DNA of 56,193 nt. It comes from Ignavibacteriales bacterium. Lineage in GTDB: Bacteria > Bacteroidota > Ignavibacteria > UBA10030 > UBA6906. Shown piece by piece: positions 37,346 through 47,900 of the stretch (the first letter of the stretch is position 1; every line of letters starts with the position of its first letter). Made by a program: the position numbers and the translations under genes. The notes beneath the pieces are model-generated. The model was given only the letters and a program-made list of their open reading frames with translations, did not search any database and was not told where the DNA came from. Location: assembly GCA_037441705.1 (NCBI GenBank), contig JBBIRR010000027.1:1-56193 (forward strand), given 5' to 3'.

Positions 37346-38709
37346 TTGCCATCTTGAGTGATCTGCATATTACCGACGGTTCAACGGCACGCAACGTTGA
37401 CCCCGGCGCATTTGAGCTTTTGAAGGAAGAGATTCTGGTCAATGCGCGCAAGAAGAAGGCGACCGAAGTGCATGTCGTTCTGCTGGGCGACATCTTCGAT
37501 CTCGTTCGCACAGACTACTGGTCGGCAACTGTCCCGTACGATCGTCGTCCATGGAACGGAACGATCGACCCCGCCACGGGCATGAACAGCGACGGCGCGG
37601 AAGTGGAGCGACAGTACAATGCCGTGCTCAGCCGCATTCTCGGTGTTCAAGATGGTTCCGCTTCGGCGTTGATCGAGATGCTCGATTCCCTGGCACTCGA
37701 TGCAGAAACCTCCGGCCTGCCCTTGAAGCTCACGTACGTGGTCGGCAACCACGATAAGCCTCTGAATAATTTTCTGTCGCTGCAAGACGCTCTTCGCGAC
37801 CGCTTCACGCATCTCAAGCCGGATTTCGCGTTGAGCGTGGTTGCGCCCGAGTACGGTTTGCTCGCGCGTCACGGACATGAATGGGATGGAGAATGTCACG
37901 CCAAGGAATTCTGGGAGAAGGTGCTGCATGGAGGCGAAACCATTGAGCGCTTCGATGCTCGACTGTCGAGGGTCATGGCCCTCGGCGAGGTGGTTACCGC
38001 CGAATTGATGAGCGGCTTTCTCTACAACTGCCGCATCCAGTTCCGCAACGCCGGACTCACGTCGGACCAGGACCGGGCGCTGTTAGGCGGCCTGATGGAC
38101 GTCAACAACCTGAGACCGATGACGGACATCTTCCTGTGGCTGCGGTGGTTTACGCGCGCCAACGAAGAGCGCTATGCGCGCCCCATTGTCCGGGCACTGG
38201 TCGACGCGCTCGATGCGCTGCTGGACTCTTCCTTCGCCCGCACGTGGGATCGGATCAGCGGCTTCGATCTCACCGACAAACTCTCTCTTGCTCGAATTGG
38301 CTTGAAGCTCTCGGGTCTGGACCTGGCGGAAAAGGCGATGGAGTTTGCCGCGTTGTTCGGCTCGCACACCGACGAACTGAAGGAGGGCGCACGCGAGGAG
38401 TTCTTCCACCCGCATCGCGACAGGCGGATTCGTTACATCGTGTACGGGCACACGCATGAAGCGCGGCAGGATTTCTTTTCCGGTGATCGTGACCCGCTCA
38501 TGTATGTGAATACGGGAACGTATCTTCCGTTCATCCAGCTTGCCGAGGAGCAGCGCGGCTTTGCCACAGCCTATCGCATGACGATGGCGTTCTTTTACAA
38601 CGCGAACGAAGACACCGGCGGGCGTGCCGATACGACGCCAACGCTGCAGGTTTGGAACGGCATCCGAAAGAAGAACTACGCGTATCCTCTTCCGCCGGTT
38701 CTTGTGTAG
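37342..38709 (+). CDS. Calcineurin-like metallophosphoesterase
   Basis: SDLH, GDIFD, GNHD, HGH, GHTH, Y.NTG: the complete five-motif set. Confidence 0.9.
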   Translation: MIAILSDLHITDGSTARNVDPGAFELLKEEILVNARKKKATEVHVVLLGDIFDLVRTDYWSATVPYDRRPWNGTIDPATGMNSDGAEVERQYNAVLSRILGVQDGSASALIEMLDSLALDAETSGLPLKLTYVVGNHDKPLNNFLSLQDALRDRFTHLKPDFALSVVAPEYGLLARHGHEWDGECHAKEFWEKVLHGGETIERFDARLSRVMALGEVVTAELMSGFLYNCRIQFRNAGLTSDQDRALLGGLMDVNNLRPMTDIFLWLRWFTRANEERYARPIVRALVDALDALLDSSFARTWDRISGFDLTDKLSLARIGLKLSGLDLAEKAMEFAALFGSHTDELKEGAREEFFHPHRDRRIRYIVYGHTHEARQDFFSGDRDPLMYVNTGTYLPFIQLAEEQRGFATAYRMTMAFFYNANEDTGGRADTTPTLQVWNGIRKKNYAYPLPPVLV

Positions 38710-38729
38710 TCGCTTACGAAAGGTGCACT

Positions 38730-39368
38730 ATGGAAATCTCCACCATCATCACCGTCCTGCTCGCCCTGGGCGTGCTGATCATTGTCATCAGCCTCGGCGC
38801 ATTCTTCGTCCCCAAAATGAAACCGCTGCTGGAAAGCCGCCAACAATTCAAGGGGTTCGGACTTGAACTCGGTATCAACACCGTGGCCCTGCTCATTCTC
38901 TTCGGCGTTGCTCTGACGCTTCCCGGCTTTTATCTCTACACAAAAGACTATGAAGATCAGGTCACAGCACTCTACTCGTCTCTCGATCGGATTGAGAATG
39001 AGTGGAAAGAACGCCTGCGGAAATTGGAAGTAGAGAATGAGAGCTTGAAAGAGATTGTCGAAGGAGGTAAGAAATACGACCTCAACGCTGTTCTGCAATT
39101 CCGGCCGACGGAGGCTCCGCCCTTTGGCAGCATCAAGAATCTCGAATGCTCGTACACAACATGGAAGGGAGGAGAACCCGTTGTGCTCAAGTCCAGCGAT
39201 GTGCAGCCCGGTCCGTCGGAAGGAACCATCGAAGTCCGCATCCGCGGCCTGGATAGGGACGATTTCATTGTTCAACTGATGCTGAAGAGCAAAACGAACA
39301 ACACAGAATGGGTATATGACAAGCCCTTCAAACCGGCGAAACCGAACCTCGAAATGGTGAGGAGATGA
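38730..39368 (+). CDS. Two-TM protein with coiled coil and C-terminal beta domain, unknown function
   Basis: Two TM helices, heptad stretch LDRIENEWKERLRKLEVENESLK, ATGA overlap with the next gene. Confidence 0.75.
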   Translation: MEISTIITVLLALGVLIIVISLGAFFVPKMKPLLESRQQFKGFGLELGINTVALLILFGVALTLPGFYLYTKDYEDQVTALYSSLDRIENEWKERLRKLEVENESLKEIVEGGKKYDLNAVLQFRPTEAPPFGSIKNLECSYTTWKGGEPVVLKSSDVQPGPSEGTIEVRIRGLDRDDFIVQLMLKSKTNNTEWVYDKPFKPAKPNLEMVRR

Positions 39369-40111
39369 TCTCGATGTGCCCGGTCCTCATCAGGCGGGTA
39401 AGCGTGCAGGTGCTGCAAGCCCTTGTCTACGTTGTTGTTTCGGTGGAGCTGAGTTCTGCTCAACCACGCCTGATGTTCAACAACTCCGCGACATACCTCG
39501 GCAACGGGCGGTACGATTGGACGGTGTATGTGGATGCCGATGCCGCAACGCTTGCAAAGATCCGTTCGGTGCAGTACACACTCGACCCGTCGTTTCCCAA
39601 CCCTGTTCAGACCGTAACGACACGTCAGAACAAGTTCGCCCTCTCTGCCAACGGATGGGGAGAGTTCACCATCTATGCAAAAGTACGCTTCACCGACGGA
39701 ACGACGGGCAGCTATCGGTACCGGCTGAATCTGCTGAAGGCCCGCAAGGATGTGTCGTCCGTGCCGGCACCGAAAGATGTTGGCAAGCAAGCAACTCCGG
39801 TGGCGTCGGAGAATGTGGATACGGCAAAAATCACAACGGGCAACACGTCTCGGAGTCTGGGCGGCGGGCGATGGGAATGGGCCGTGTTCATTCTTGCGTC
39901 GAACGACGTCCTCAAACAGATTCAGTACGTTGAGTACACACTCCATCCAACATTTCCTGAGCCGATCCAGCGTGTGACGGAGCGGGGCATGGAGAACGGC
40001 AAAGGTTTCGTTCTCAAAGCTACCGGGTGGGGAACGTTTGAAATCGCTGTTAAAGTCGTCTTCACCAACGGGAAGGTTCGTTACCTGAGACATCAGTTGA
40101 AGTTCAGTTGA
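39365..40111 (+). CDS. Exported tandem prokaryotic YEATS-domain protein
   Basis: Two copies of W.V......L..I..V.YTL(D/H)P(S/T)FP.P.......F.L.A.GWG(E/T)F.I...V.F..G. Signal-peptide-like N-terminus (SSA-QP). Confidence 0.82.
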   Translation: MISMCPVLIRRVSVQVLQALVYVVVSVELSSAQPRLMFNNSATYLGNGRYDWTVYVDADAATLAKIRSVQYTLDPSFPNPVQTVTTRQNKFALSANGWGEFTIYAKVRFTDGTTGSYRYRLNLLKARKDVSSVPAPKDVGKQATPVASENVDTAKITTGNTSRSLGGGRWEWAVFILASNDVLKQIQYVEYTLHPTFPEPIQRVTERGMENGKGFVLKATGWGTFEIAVKVVFTNGKVRYLRHQLKFS

Positions 40112-40158
40112 GGCCGTTGTTTGCACTCATCCATCCCAACACTAACACGAGGTGATCC

Positions 40159-40539
40159 ATGCCGCTCAACGAGATTCCTATCAACTCCAGCGGGGGACCG
40201 GTAACGGTGGAAATTGCTTTTGGCTTCGCGCAGGTAGGGGCATACACGCTGAAGCTGTGGTATCAGTCCGGACAGGGGAAAATCATCGGCGAGGGAGTGA
40301 ACACAGACAACGAGCCGGATGTGTTTACGCTTCCCAAGCCGGCCAAATCCAACATTGGTCGCATCCTCGATTGTGTTGCCACCGTGATCTCACCGAATCC
40401 TCGGCCCGGGGAGCGCTACCGCGTGGACATGATCGTCCACCAGGATGGAGAAGAGTGCGGTCGCGAATTCGACGAAGGTGTGATCGATCGCAGATCTGTC
40501 TCCACACGGCTGGCAGCAATTCTTGCATCCAAAGTCTGA
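40159..40539 (+). CDS. Hypothetical beta-rich 126-aa protein
   Basis: GAGGTG RBS; operonic position. Confidence 0.75.
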   Translation: MPLNEIPINSSGGPVTVEIAFGFAQVGAYTLKLWYQSGQGKIIGEGVNTDNEPDVFTLPKPAKSNIGRILDCVATVISPNPRPGERYRVDMIVHQDGEECGREFDEGVIDRRSVSTRLAAILASKV

Positions 40540-40548
40540 GGAACGATC

Positions 40549-41601
40549 ATGAAGCAGATAGCGCTCATACTCATTGCGGGGATTCTGTTTCTGCCCATCG
40601 TGCGTGCCCAGGAACCCACGCTCGGCAACACGTTGGTAAGCAACGCGCGGCTCAACTTTGCCGTACCCGATGCCCCTGCGTTTACGATCCTCAACTATTC
40701 ACCGACGAACATCGTGCGCCCCTCGAGCGTGCAGGAGGTTACGATGGCCATTGCGGACTTTGTGCGAGGAGGCGGAGTGCTGCCGAGGACCGCTGCGGCG
40801 GAATTCTCGCCCGGTCTTCTCATTGGCGGACGCACGCTCACCATTCGTCAGTACAATGCCAATCCGTTTTGGTATCGGGCGCGCATCTCGGCAGCAACGC
40901 GTTCGTTCGACGATAACACGGGACGGCTGCACGCAAGCATCGGTGTACGCTTTACGTTTACCGACGAAGCCGATCCGCGCACCGATCGTGCGTTCATTGA
41001 AAACCTTTCCAATCTCGCGCTGCAGATCAACCAGGCGGTTGCACGTCGCGTGCAGGTGGCACCGCCGACGGAGACGGGTCGCATCGAAGGTGAGGGTCCT
41101 GCGATTGATGCGCTGGAGCGAGAGGTGGAGCAGTTGCGCGCCAAGCAGCGCGACGAGCGCTGGAACGCCAACATTGCGGAGTTCGCCGCGGCGGTTCGCT
41201 TCGCATCGCCCGATTCGCTGGCACGCAACGCGCGGGCGGACAAGTATCAGGCGTGGCTCGCGGGTGCGTTCAATGTGAGCACCTGGGGGCAGTTTGTGTT
41301 CAATCTCTCGGGCAGTATCGAGCGATCGCTGTCGTTGCGCATGGACTCGACGAGCATTGCGATGACCTCGCGCTTCTACTTCGGCTCCAATGACATGAAG
41401 GTGTATGGAGAAGGACAGATTACGGCCGTTGATCAATCGCCGGCTTTGTATCTCTTCAGTGTTGGCGGCGAGTTGAATCCGCTGAGCAGTTTTTGGTTAG
41501 AGTTTGCTGCCGGCTTCGAGAAACGCGGACGCGACCCCGCCATCATCCGTACGGCGTTTCACATTCGGTGGACTCTTCCCGAAATCCTCCTGCCCGGCTG
41601 A
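40549..41601 (+). CDS. Exported protein, probable outer-membrane beta-barrel
   Basis: Signal peptide (VRA-QE) and amphipathic beta-strands ending ..TAFHIRWTL. Confidence 0.7.
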   Translation: MKQIALILIAGILFLPIVRAQEPTLGNTLVSNARLNFAVPDAPAFTILNYSPTNIVRPSSVQEVTMAIADFVRGGGVLPRTAAAEFSPGLLIGGRTLTIRQYNANPFWYRARISAATRSFDDNTGRLHASIGVRFTFTDEADPRTDRAFIENLSNLALQINQAVARRVQVAPPTETGRIEGEGPAIDALEREVEQLRAKQRDERWNANIAEFAAAVRFASPDSLARNARADKYQAWLAGAFNVSTWGQFVFNLSGSIERSLSLRMDSTSIAMTSRFYFGSNDMKVYGEGQITAVDQSPALYLFSVGGELNPLSSFWLEFAAGFEKRGRDPAIIRTAFHIRWTLPEILLPG

Positions 41602-41622
41602 AGCATTCAAGCCCACGTTCGG

Positions 41623-41664
41623 AAAGCCCTTGGCGCGAGATGAGGCGTCGAGGGCTTTTTGTTT
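41623..41664 (+). terminator. Rho-independent terminator
   Basis: AAAGCCCTTGGCGC/GCGTCGAGGGCTTT stem followed by a T-rich tail. Confidence 0.78.
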
Positions 41665-41713
41665 GCCAAAAAAATCTTGCCAGGTGAAACCTGCAGCCAT
41701 CCCGCCCGTTATA

Positions 41714-41818
41714 CTGACCATCAGTCAGCGAGTAAGCTGATGAAAATTTAATCTACCGAAGTATTGACTCAGGGCGTGTCAAGCGCTATATTAGTGCCCA
41801 TTAAATGACTGAAAGTCA
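41714..41818 (+). promoter_or_regulatory. Efflux-operon promoter with two TGAC-N5-GTCA operators (candidate TetR sites)
   Basis: TTGACT(41764)-17-TATATT(41787); CTGACCATCAGTCAG at 41714-41728 and TGACTGAAAGTCA at 41806-41818. Confidence 0.7.
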
Positions 41819-41844
41819 GTAAATCAAACGGAGAGTATCGAAAA

Positions 41845-42525
41845 ATGGGCATTCTTGAGCGAAAAGAGAGAGAGAAAGAGCAGCGGCGCGAGGAAATCAT
41901 TACCGCCGCGCAGAAGGTCTTCTTCGAGAAAGGGTTACCGGCGGCAACGATGGACGAGATTGCAGAAGTCGCGGAACTGAGCAAAGGCACGCTCTATCTC
42001 TACTACAAGAGCAAGGAAGACCTTTACCTCGCCGTGGCGATGCGAGGATCGGAAATCATGTATCGCATGTTCGAGCAGGCGGCCCCGAAACACAAGTCGG
42101 TTCTCGAACGCATTATGGCGATCGGCGACGCGTATTTTCAGTTCTTCCAACAGTACCGCGACTATTTCCGCATGTACGAATACTTTGAAAACCGGCAGTT
42201 CCACAAACAGGTCTCGCAAGAGATGCTGACGTGCTGCGCGAACAACGACCAGAAGATCTGGAACCTCGTCGTCGGCATCATCCAGGACGGCATCACGCAG
42301 GGTATCTTCGATGCCGATCTCGACCCGCGGCAGGCGGCCATCATCCTCTGGGCAAACGGCAACGCGCTCATGCGCTTGATGGATCGGGATGACCCGTACT
42401 GGACGGAACACATGAAAATTGACCTCGAGAAGACGATGCGCAAAGCGTATCAACTCATCCTGGAAGGAATGATGACCCGGAAAGGGAAACTTCAGTACAA
42501 AGCTCTTTTGCCCGAGGAGGCCTAA
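41845..42525 (+). CDS. TetR/AcrR-family transcriptional regulator
   Basis: [13 protein letters not shown]...[26 protein letters not shown]. Confidence 0.95.
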   Translation: MGILERKEREKEQRREEIITAAQKVFFEKGLPAATMDEIAEVAELSKGTLYLYYKSKEDLYLAVAMRGSEIMYRMFEQAAPKHKSVLERIMAIGDAYFQFFQQYRDYFRMYEYFENRQFHKQVSQEMLTCCANNDQKIWNLVVGIIQDGITQGIFDADLDPRQAAIILWANGNALMRLMDRDDPYWTEHMKIDLEKTMRKAYQLILEGMMTRKGKLQYKALLPEEA

Positions 42526-43850
42526 TGCTCCGACAATGGATTTTCGTGCTTGCGTTCATAACCTCTGCCGCCGCAGCGTATGCGCAGACTGAACGACGAT
42601 TGACGGTAGAGCAAGCGCTTGACCTCGCGCTGGAAAACAGCAAAGCGCTGCACGCTTCGCTGATGCGGGTGAATCATGCCGACGCGCGTGCCTCGGAGAC
42701 GAATGCAAACAGATTGCCGTCGCTCAGAGTGACCGGCGCCTACACGCGACTGAGCAACGTGCCGCCCTTCACCGTTGCACTTCCGCCGCAGCTGGGCGGG
42801 AACAGCTTCACACTTGCACCCTCACTCGTGAATAACTATACGCTGAAGGCTTCGCTCGAGCAACCGTTGTTCACCGGATTCAAGCTCGATGCCGCCGGAT
42901 CCGCGGCCGATCTGGCGGCGCGAGCGGCCGAGCAGGATCTCGCGCGCGACCGCGCCGACGTATTGTATCAGGTGCGCGCTGCCTACTGGTCACTCTTCAA
43001 AGCTACCGAGTTCAAAAAGGTAATTGACGAAACCGTCGAGCAGGTCAAGGCCCATCTCCGGGATGTTCAGAGCATGATGGACCAGGGGATGGTGACGACC
43101 AACGACGTGCTGAAAGTTCAGGTCCAGCTTTCAGACGCTCAGGTTCGTCAGATCGAGGCGAACAACAACGTACAGCTTGCGATGATCGGTCTGAACAATC
43201 TGATCGGCATCCCGCTGCAGACGCGCATCATCATTGATTCCGAGGTTGGTCGCCCGTCCGATACCCACGATCAGAACCTCGACGCGCTGATTGCGCAAGC
43301 GCTGGAGCAGCGTCCCGAGGTGAAAGCCATGGAATACCGGGTGAAGGCTGCGGATGCGGGAGTGCGTGCAGCGCGCGGCGGATGGTGGCCGCAGGTGTTT
43401 CTTGCTGCCAACTACTACTACAATCGTCCCAATCAACGCATTCAGCCTGTGCAGGATGCGTTCAAAGACACATGGGACATCACTATCGCCGTATCGCTCG
43501 ACATCTGGAACTGGGGCAAGACACTGCATCAATCGGATCAGGCACACGCGCAGCTGGAAGAAGCACGAGATGCGCTGTCGCAACTGAAGGACGCCGTCAC
43601 ACTCGAGGTGACGCAGAGCTTTCTCAACCTTCATCAGGCAAAGGAACGGATTCGCGTTGCCGAACAAGGCGTGCAGCAGGCTCAGGAAAACTACCGCATC
43701 ACGCACAAGCGCTTCAGAGAAGGTCTTGCACAGAACAGCGACCTTCTGGACGCCGAAGTAGCGCTGCTGCAAGCACGAACAACCTACACGCAAGCACGGG
43801 TAGACTTCGAGCTTGCTGCGGCTCATCTCCAAAAGGCAATCGGTCAATGA
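42525..43850 (+). CDS. TolC-family outer-membrane efflux protein
   Basis: Signal peptide, LTVEQALDLALEN, A..LPSL, QPLFTG, ALEQRPEV, RFREG....DLLDAE. Confidence 0.93.
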   Translation: MLRQWIFVLAFITSAAAAYAQTERRLTVEQALDLALENSKALHASLMRVNHADARASETNANRLPSLRVTGAYTRLSNVPPFTVALPPQLGGNSFTLAPSLVNNYTLKASLEQPLFTGFKLDAAGSAADLAARAAEQDLARDRADVLYQVRAAYWSLFKATEFKKVIDETVEQVKAHLRDVQSMMDQGMVTTNDVLKVQVQLSDAQVRQIEANNNVQLAMIGLNNLIGIPLQTRIIIDSEVGRPSDTHDQNLDALIAQALEQRPEVKAMEYRVKAADAGVRAARGGWWPQVFLAANYYYNRPNQRIQPVQDAFKDTWDITIAVSLDIWNWGKTLHQSDQAHAQLEEARDALSQLKDAVTLEVTQSFLNLHQAKERIRVAEQGVQQAQENYRITHKRFREGLAQNSDLLDAEVALLQARTTYTQARVDFELAAAHLQKAIGQ

Positions 43851-43884
43851 GAATTATTCAATCTATATCATCAGAGGAGCGTGC

Positions 43885-44934
43885 ATGAAACGATTTAATG
43901 CAATCGCCATCACAACAATCATCGTGCTTGCCGTCGGGGCCATTCTCTGGCACAACAAGTCACAGATGCAGGCAAGGTCGAAGACGAACACCATCACCAC
44001 CTATCCCGTTACGGTCACGACCGTTGAGAAGGCGCAGCTCGCCGAAACTCTCTCGCTTGTCGGAACGATCGTGGCGAACAACGACGTGCCGGTGGTTGCC
44101 GAAACCCAGGGAAGGGTTGTTGCCGTTCTTGCGAATGTCGGTGACTATAAAACTTCCGGTTCCGTTCTGGTTCAGATTGACGATGAACTGAAGAAGGCGG
44201 AACTCACGAAGGCGGAGGTTCTGTACGAACGCGCAAAGAAGGATGCCGAGCGCTTCAAGAGCCTGCGGGACGAGCATGCTGCCACGGAGTGGCAGAAGGA
44301 GAATGCCTGGCAGGCGTTCAAGGTTGCGGAGGCGGAATACATTCGTGCCCGGAAAGCCTATCGCGATACGCGCATCAGCACACCGATTGCGGGGATTGTA
44401 ACGGCTCGACCCGTAAATGTCGGGACGATGGTGCAGCCCGGGATGGTCGTTGCCAACGTGGTGGATATTTCACGCCTCAAAGTCAAACTCAACGTCGCCG
44501 AGCGTGATGTCTTCAAGATGAAGGTAGGCGATGCGGTCGAAATCACGACGGATGTGTATCCGGGAATCAAGTTTGCAGGCGAGATCGCGAGCATCGCTGT
44601 CAAGGCAGATGAGTCCCACACATACCCGGTGGAAATCTCTCTTGCCAACAGCAAGCGGCATCCATTGAAGGCGGGCATGTTCGGTCGCGTCTCGTTCGTT
44701 GCGCTGCCGAAGGCGAATGCGCTCAGCATTCCGCGTGAAGCCCTGCTGGGCAGCATCAGAGACCCGCGCGTCTTTGTCGTCGTCAACGGTCGGGCACTCG
44801 AGCGATCGCTCGTGGTGGGCGACGTCATCGGGACTCGTGTTGCCGTCCTGAACGGGCTCTCAGAAGGCGAGGTTGTTGTAATCAATGGACAGAACAATCT
44901 CAAGGACAGCGTTCTCGTGGAAATCGTGCAGTAA
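43885..44934 (+). CDS. RND efflux periplasmic adaptor (membrane fusion protein)
   Basis: N-terminal TM, AETQGRV, I.TPIAGIV, LKAGMFG, GLSEGE.VV..G. Confidence 0.93.
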   Translation: MKRFNAIAITTIIVLAVGAILWHNKSQMQARSKTNTITTYPVTVTTVEKAQLAETLSLVGTIVANNDVPVVAETQGRVVAVLANVGDYKTSGSVLVQIDDELKKAELTKAEVLYERAKKDAERFKSLRDEHAATEWQKENAWQAFKVAEAEYIRARKAYRDTRISTPIAGIVTARPVNVGTMVQPGMVVANVVDISRLKVKLNVAERDVFKMKVGDAVEITTDVYPGIKFAGEIASIAVKADESHTYPVEISLANSKRHPLKAGMFGRVSFVALPKANALSIPREALLGSIRDPRVFVVVNGRALERSLVVGDVIGTRVAVLNGLSEGEVVVINGQNNLKDSVLVEIVQ

Positions 44935-44958
44935 CGGAGCGAACGAAAGGAACCTCTC

Positions 44959-47900
44959 ATGACGATTACTGAACTTTCAATCAAACGCCCGACGTTGATC
45001 GTCGTCGTCTTCGCGGCGCTAACGGTGGTGGGGCTGTTCAGTCTTTCCCAGTTGAAGTACGAACTGCTTCCCAAAATCACGCCACCGTTTATTGCGATCA
45101 CGACGGTCTATCCGGGCGCGTCTCCTCAAGAAGTCGAAACGTCCGTCACCAAAAAGATCGAAGACGCCGTCAGCGGCATTGACAAGGTCAAGACGCTGTA
45201 CGGCACGTCGGCGGAAGGTGCCTCGTTCGTGTCGTTGGAATTCTCGATGTCGGCCGACGTCAACGTCGCGCTGCAGGATGTTCAGCGGAAGGTGAACGAG
45301 GTGGTCTCGCAGCTTCCGGAAGGTACGAAGGCGCCGGTGATCTCGAAGTTTGCGTTGGACGAACTGCCCGTGCTGCGCATGGGTCTGACCTCGACGATGC
45401 CGTCGCGCGAATTCTATCAGCTTGTCAAGAACAAGATTCAACCCATGCTCGCCCGAATTCCGGGTGTCGGTCAGATCACTCTGGTGGGAGGTGATGAACG
45501 GGAAATCAAGGTGAACATTGATGCAGAAAAACTCCGCTCCTACGGTCTTTCATTGCTGCAGGTAGCACAGGCGATCAAAGCATCGAACCTTGATTTCCCC
45601 ACCGGCAAAGTGAAGGAGGGCGAGCAGCAGTACATCGTGCGGGTCGCAGGAAAATTCAGCTCGCTCGATGGCCTTCGCAATCTCGTTGTGGCTCAGTCGC
45701 GGCAAGGCGGCGACATCACCTTGGGCGACATTGCCGAAGTCGAAGACGGACAGAAAGAATACTCGCAGATCAGTCGTGTGGACGGCAAGACCTCCATCGG
45801 CGTGCTGGTCTCCAAGCAATCCGATGCCAACACCGTGGATGTAAGCGCTTTGGTGCGGAAGGAAATTCCTGCGATCGAAGAATTGTACAAGAACGAGGGG
45901 GTGAAGTTCGACATCGCGCAGGATGGTTCTACCTTCACCCTTGATGCCGCCAACGCCGTGAAGCACGATCTCGCGCTGGCAATTCTGCTGGTAGCGATCG
46001 TGATGCTTGCTTTTCTGCACAGCATCCGCAACTCCGTTATCGTCATGATTGCCATTCCGGCTTCGATGATTTCGACATTCATCGCCATGTACGCCTTCGG
46101 GTTGACGCTCAACCTGATGACGCTGCTCGGTCTTTCGCTTGTGGTCGGGATTCTGGTGGATGATTCGATTGTCGTTCTCGAAAACATCTACCGTCATCTG
46201 GAAAAAGGGGATGCGCCCCGCGACGCCGCGCTGCGCGGCCGCAACGAAATCGGCTTTGCCGCGCTTTCCATTACGTTGGTGGATGTTGTCGTGTTCGTGC
46301 CGCTTGCGCTCGTGTCCGGTCTCGTCGGCAACATCATGCGTGAGTTTGCTTTGACGGTCGTGTTCTCGACGCTGATGAGCCTGTTCGTCTCGTTCACGAT
46401 TACGCCGCTTCTCGCGTCGCGCTTCGCGAAGTTGGAGCGCCTGACACGAGGTTCCGTGCTGGGACGCTTCGGCGTGTGGTTCGAGGAACGATTCGACCGC
46501 TTCACGCAAACATACCTGAAAACACTCAAATGGGGACTTGCTCATCGCGGAAAAGTTGTGCTCATCACCGTCGGGCTGCTTGTCCTTTCATTTGCGCTCG
46601 CGCCGCTCGGCTTCATCGGTTCGGAGTTCATTGCTGTCGCCGACCGGGGAGAGTTTGCGGTGACGCTTGAGCTGCCTCCGGGTTCGACACTCGAGAACAC
46701 CAATCACATTACGCAGCAGGCAGAACGTATCATCTCGCAGATGCCGGAGGTGAAGAAAATGTTCGTGAATGTCGGTGCCTCCAGCGACGGCTTTCTCGCG
46801 CAATCCTCGAACAATCTTGCGGAGTTGAGCATTGCGCTGGTGCCTAAAGATGAACGCCAACGCACCACGGACGAAGTCGCCGCCGACATCAAAGCAAAGC
46901 TTGCAGCTATTCCGGGGGCGAAAGTTCGTGCCAATCCCATCGGCATCTTCGGGACAGCCAACCAGACGCCGATCCAGCTTGTGGTGAGTGCACCGACCTA
47001 CGACGATGCGCGTACGGCTGCGGCAACCATTGCGGATGCCGTCCGCAAGATTCCCGGAACGGCCGATGTTCGACTCTCGTCGGAAGAAGGGAAGCCCGAA
47101 ACGCGTGTGGAGATTGACCGCCAGAAAATGGCCGCGCTGGGTCTGACGGTTGCCGAAGTGGGACAAACGCTGCGCGTGGCGTTCAACGGCGATGACGATT
47201 CCAAGTTCAGAGATGCCGACGACGAGTACACGATTCGCATCCAGTTCGACAAGCTCGACCGGTCACGCACCGACGACATCGGGAACGTGACGTTCATGAA
47301 CCGCAAGGGGCAGCTCATCGAGCTGAAGCAATTTGCAACCATCACGCAATCGGTCGGGCCGACGAAACTGCAGCGGCAGGATCGCAGTCCGGCGGTCACC
47401 GTGCTTTCGCAGGCAGTCGGCCGGCCCAGCGGAAGCATCGGCGAGGACATCAAGAAAAGTCTGGCAGGACTGAAACTTCCCGAAGGCGTGACGATTGCCT
47501 ACAAAGGCGACTTGCAGAATCAATCGGAAGGATTCGAGAGTCTCTTGCTGGCGCTCGTTGCCGCAGTCATCTTCATGTACATGATCATGGTGGCGCTGTA
47601 CGATTCGTATGTCTATCCGTTTGTCGTGATGTTCTCGGTTCCGGTGGCAATGATCGGGGCGCTGTTTGCGCTCGCGCTCACGATGAACTCGCTGAGCATC
47701 TTCTCGATCCTCGGCATCATCATGTTGGTGGGATTGGTGGGAAAGAACGCCATCCTGCTCGTTGATCGGGCAAACCAGATGCGACAGGAGAGGGGCCTCA
47801 GCGCGTACGAGGCGCTGCTCGAAGCCGGACAGACTCGCCTGCGTCCCATCATGATGACGACGGTGGCGATGGTCTTCGGCATGCTGCCGATTGCACTGAG

